From Azolla caroliniana (Eukaryota > Plantae > Polypodiophyta), in the NCBI GenBank assembly GCA_043228905.1, contig JBHGNT010000011.1:5890001-5954000 (forward strand): a DNA stretch of 64,000 bases, in the 5' to 3' direction. The notes beneath the pieces are model-generated. The model was not told where the DNA came from, ran no database searches, and saw only the letters and a program-made list of their open reading frames with translations. Of this stretch, positions 60,206 through 64,000 are shown one piece after another; within the stretch, counting starts at the first letter, position 1; each line of letters begins with the position of its first letter. Both the position numbers and the translations under genes were made by a program.

Positions 60206-61134
60206 CACTAAAGATAGGATTAAAAACAAAAAAAGTAATATAAACACACCTGCTGCTACTCCCCGATCTGCGAGACATCCTTGTATGGGACTCCAAGGAC
60301 TTCACCCTATTCGATTTTGGGGAAATATGAATCGGCACCAAAGTTCAGACAATAATAAAAAAGAAAAAACAAATGTTTGGGGTTTCTGTAACTGAAACAT
60401 ACCTGGACGATGATTGAGCGGGTTCTATGTTGTAGCTCTGAATCTCCAATGTCGATTTTCTGCTACTGCGGGAGCTATGTCTGCGTTCGTGCTCTGAGTA
60501 CTCCATCTGCGTTCAAAATCAAACTTAGGCTAAACAGGAAATTGATGACATTGAAGTCGACCTTAGATGATGGTGTTATTCCCCAAGTTCCACTACGTCT
60601 GAAACAGAAGTTCAAATATTTGAGTTTTTTCATAAATTAGTTTTTCAAATATTTGATTTTCCCACAAAAAAGACTAGCTAAACAAATAGCTAATTAGCTA
60701 TGGCCATTTTAGTAGCTAATTAGCTATAATAGTGTTTCCACTCGCATGCTTTTACCCCATGGTCATCATGCACCACATGTAATACACGAGCGCCAAATGG
60801 CAAACATGCATCATATGCATGGGGGCATCTATAAAAGGATAGATGAAAATGTATTATGGATCCATGTATGAACTAAGAAATTAATGAGAAGAAAATTCAT
60901 TGATGATATATCTTGTTTCTTAAATCAAGAGTTAAAATCTTAATCTCAATATCTCTCTCTTGGCCATATCAATCTTTCTCAATCTAAGTCAAGCATTTAA
61001 TCTTAATCTCTTTCTCTCTCTCAATCTATCCTAAATACTTTCTCGCTAAGCTTGGTGCGAACTTTGATCCTTCCGGTCCAGAACCCCGGCAGTTCCGCCT
61101 CGCGATCCGCGCCTAGTGATGGATCTTCACGACA

Positions 61135-63813
61135 CCGTGCGTGATGTACAATGTTTTCTTGCATTTGCAAATTTTTATCGGAAATTCATTAAAAATTATT
61201 CCAAGGTCGTGCTTCTGCTCACCCGACTCACACAGAAAAATCAACCATTCAAATGGAATTTAGAGGCGACTGAGGTGTTCGAAAGTTTAAAATGAGCATT
61301 TACAACAACACCTATTTTGGCTCATGTTGATCCCAAGCAACGCTTCATCCTTGAAGCTGATGCATTCGACTTTGCATTAGGAAGTGTTCTATCACAAACT
61401 GTTACTCCTAGGGCCGGACAACAGCCTAACACAGGGTGTCCACTTAAGACACTTCACCAAAGGGTGGTACGACAGAATGACTTACGGCACAACGCTTAAT
61501 TAGACCTTAATCGATTACTTAGCAACACATTCTTAACACGCGTAAGATATAACAATGAGTACAAAACAGTAATAAATACTGAAGGATTAAGGCAATAAGT
61601 TCTATTAATTATCCGCTCTCGATTACATTGTAACCGGGCCTTTATATAGGTCTCCGGTGCGAAATACAAAACGGTGCCAACCGGCACCTTTTCGGGATTG
61701 GTCTAGATCCGGATTGGCATACCGATTCCGGTCCGTCCGTCCACTTCTTTTCATATATTAATATATATATTAAGACTACTAATTACAATAGTTCCTGAAT
61801 AAACTATTCCTTTTCACACTCTGGTTTGGACCTCCTTAAGACTTCTTGCCAGCCGGTAACACAAACTAGAGATCACAGGCAGCTACATCCTATTGCTTTT
61901 CATTCCCGAAAATTCGAAGCTGCAGAGATTAACTACGAGATCCATGACAAAGAGCATCTGGCAATTGTGGATTCTTTTCAACAATGGCAATATTTTCTGG
62001 AAGGTTCTTCTCAGCAGATAATTGTCTACAATGATCACAAGAACTTAACATATTTCCAAAATGCTCGAGTCTTAAGTTGGCGACAAGCCCGTTGGGCGCA
62101 GTTTTTGACTCACTTCGACTTCGTAATCATATATCGCCCAAGGATGCAACAAGGAAAAGCGGATGCTCTTTCTCGACGCTCTTATATGGAACTTCATCCA
62201 GGAGAACCAGCTTTTGAGCATAAAAAACAAATCCTTTTGGGCCCAAATCGCCTACGAGTTATGGCAGTCAATTCCATAGTCACACCTAGGGATTCCACTC
62301 TTCTTGATTCCATTCGAGATCATATGGCTATTGATGTGTTCGCGAAAGAAGTTTTAGATCATATCATCCCGGATCGTGCTTCTTGCTCGAAGTCGCAAAA
62401 CCCTCGTACTGACTATAGGCAGTTCTATTGGCATGATGGTTTTCTGTTTCGACAAAACCTTCTGTATGTACCTGATGGTTTTCTGTTTGCAAGTCTTACA
62501 ACATTGTCATGATACTCCAATGGTTGGACATTTTGGAGTAGCCAAAACTCTAGAATTAGTTTCTCGGCGATATTAGTGGCCTCGACTTCGTCATTTTGTG
62601 GAGGAGTATGTCCAAAGTTGTGATACATGTGGTCGATCAAAGAGTCCTCGACACCAATCATATGGGTTACTACTACCACTTCCAATTCCTGAAAATCCGT
62701 GGAAGTCTATATCCTTGGATTTCATTATCGATCTCCCAGTTTCGAGGGGTTTTGATACCATTTTGACAATGGTCAATCGACTTACCAAAATGGCACATTT
62801 TTTGCCATGTACAAAGTCTATTACGAGTCAAGAGACAGACGATCTAGTTATGCGAGAGGTAATCAAGCATCATGGTCTCCCAGACGATATTATCAGTGAT
62901 CAAGGTCCACAATTCATCTCAAAGTTTTGGAAGCACATGTTAAAACTTCTCCGAGTTTCGGCTAAGCTTTCTTCGGGCTATCATCCAGAGACTAATGGCC
63001 AAACCGAGCGTACCAACCAAACTTTGGAGCAGTATCTTCGTTGTTTCATCAACTATCAACAGGATGATTGGGTTGATTTTCTACTCTTGGCTGAATTCGC
63101 TTATAACAACTCCATCCACTCGTCTACAAGATATTCTCCATTTTTCGCAAATACTGGTTCTTATCGTCGTTGGACAATGATTGAACACCCCGGAGTTCCT
63201 CTCAACCCTGCTGCTGTGGATCATCTCAGTTGTCTCCAAGAAGTTCACGCTACCATTCTCCACAATTTGCGTGATGCCCAAAGTACTTACAAGAGGATTG
63301 CGGACCGTCATCGCCTAGACTCCTCAGAAATGTTTCAGGTCGGGGATCGTGTATGGCTTCTACAACACAACATCAAGACCACTCGGCCTTGTGGTAAATT
63401 AGATTACCAACGGTTCGGCCCGTACGAGATCACTGGTAAGATAAGCGATGTTGCATTTCGTCTTCACCTCCCTCACATGCATCTTCATCCCGTGTTTCAT
63501 GTCTCCCTTCTCGAACCTTACATCACAAGTTTGATTCCGGGCCGTCTTACAACTCCCCCGCCACCGATAGAGTTTTTGGAAGGACCAGAATTTGAGGTTG
63601 CGGCCATTCTCAATTCCAAGATCGTGCGCAACAAGTTGTATTACTTGGTCGATTGGTTAGGCTATACACCCAATGATCGAACTTGGGAACCTGCTGAAAA
63701 TCTTGTCAATGTTGTGGACATGGTCACCGAATTTCATCGACAATATCCTCATAAGCCCGGTCTTAGTTCAACCCATGTGACCCGTGATACGGGTCGTCGA
63801 AGAAGGGGGATAG
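61135..63813 (+). pseudogene. pol: Chromovirus RT C-terminus, RNaseH, integrase and chromodomain
   Basis: [85 protein letters not shown]...YYLVDWLGYTPNDRTWEP. Confidence 0.95.
61400..61861. repeat. Solo LTR (462 bp)
   Basis: TGTTACT...GGTAACA with perfect TSD CAAAC; RNaseH frame resumes. Confidence 0.92.
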
Positions 63814-64000
63814 TGTCATGATGACACTTACATGCAATTTGGGTTTACAAGGAATCGAACCCACAACCTTGTTATATTCGCATCGAGTTCTTGACCATTG
63901 TAATGATATATTTATTTGTAAAAGAATTGATAAACTATATGAAATACTATAGAGTAATCTAGAGTACTCTATGTTCTAGAATGTTCTAGAATATTCTAGA
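63814..64000 (+). repeat. 3' LTR of the chromovirus (truncated by window end)
   Basis: Matches 1546-1732 and follows the PPT. Confidence 0.95.

Larger units (their letters stand above)
53466..60278 (-). pseudogene. Multi-exon accessory gene: unknown N-terminal domain, RING-H2 finger and acidic tail
   Basis: Phase-compatible exons 60278-60250, 59405-58724, ~58440-58079 and 53881-53466; RING C-x2-C...CNHTYHLLC...C-x3-C. The link between exons 2 and 3 is unresolved. Confidence 0.6.
47369..60757 (+). mobile_element. Sola2-like cut-and-paste DNA transposon with accessory genes
   Basis: 25-bp TIRs (47369-47393 and 60733-60757, 23/25 identical), GGG...CCC termini, 4-bp TSD CATG, DDD transposase inside. 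Confidence 0.85.
46640..61134 (+). repeat. Solo LTR (~1.1 kb: 46640-47368 plus 60762-61134) split by a DNA transposon
   Basis: TGTCGTGAAGAT...ATCTTCACGACA ends, 4-bp TSD CCGT, RT frame TPLS/VRDVQCF resumes; same terminus as the LTR ending at 45667; TATAAAAG at ~60830. Confidence 0.85.
1546..64000 (+). mobile_element. Ty3/gypsy chromovirus (Tcn1-like) expanded to >62 kb by nested insertions
   Basis: 1546-1732 matches 63814-64000 (4 substitutions in 187 bp), both starting TGTCATGATGAC. PPT AAGAAGGGGGATAG at 63800-63813. Collinear gag, protease (LLDSGA), RT (YLDDIL), RNaseH, integrase and chromodomain pieces re-join across TSD-bounded insertions. Confidence 0.93.

Noticed and set aside
46640-61134. 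Single 14.5-kb TIR transposon bounded by TGTCGTGAAGAT
   Set aside because: TG...CA ends match a gypsy LTR terminus (45667); an inner TIR/TSD pair at 47369-60757 better delimits the transposase element.

Overview
Eukaryotic, repeat-saturated DNA with no host gene. The element families (self-priming chromovirus, tRNA-Trp-primed 4-bp-TSD Ty3/gypsy, several Ty1/copia families) suggest a non-seed land plant (inference). Almost the whole window (1546 to beyond 64000) is one Ty3/gypsy chromovirus whose gag-PR-RT-RH-IN-chromodomain frame is split by more than a dozen nested insertions, up to five levels deep, most with readable target-site duplications (TSDs). The most unusual component is a 13.4-kb DNA transposon (47369-60757; 25-bp TIRs, GGG...CCC ends, CATG TSD). 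It has a spliced Sola2-type DDD transposase, convergent accessory coding sequence (unknown domain + RING-H2; FCP1/NIF-like phosphatase fold with a degenerate active site) and arrays of the palindrome TAGCTAATTAGCTA. Other notable signals: a heat-shock-element array in the chromovirus LTR, self-priming PBS/R complementarity in two LTR families, antisense tRNA-like A/B boxes in two unrelated LTRs, a hairpin enclosing the PPT in three copia families, and templated-repair scars. All coordinates and alignments were read by eye; family names come from motif recognition, not database searches.
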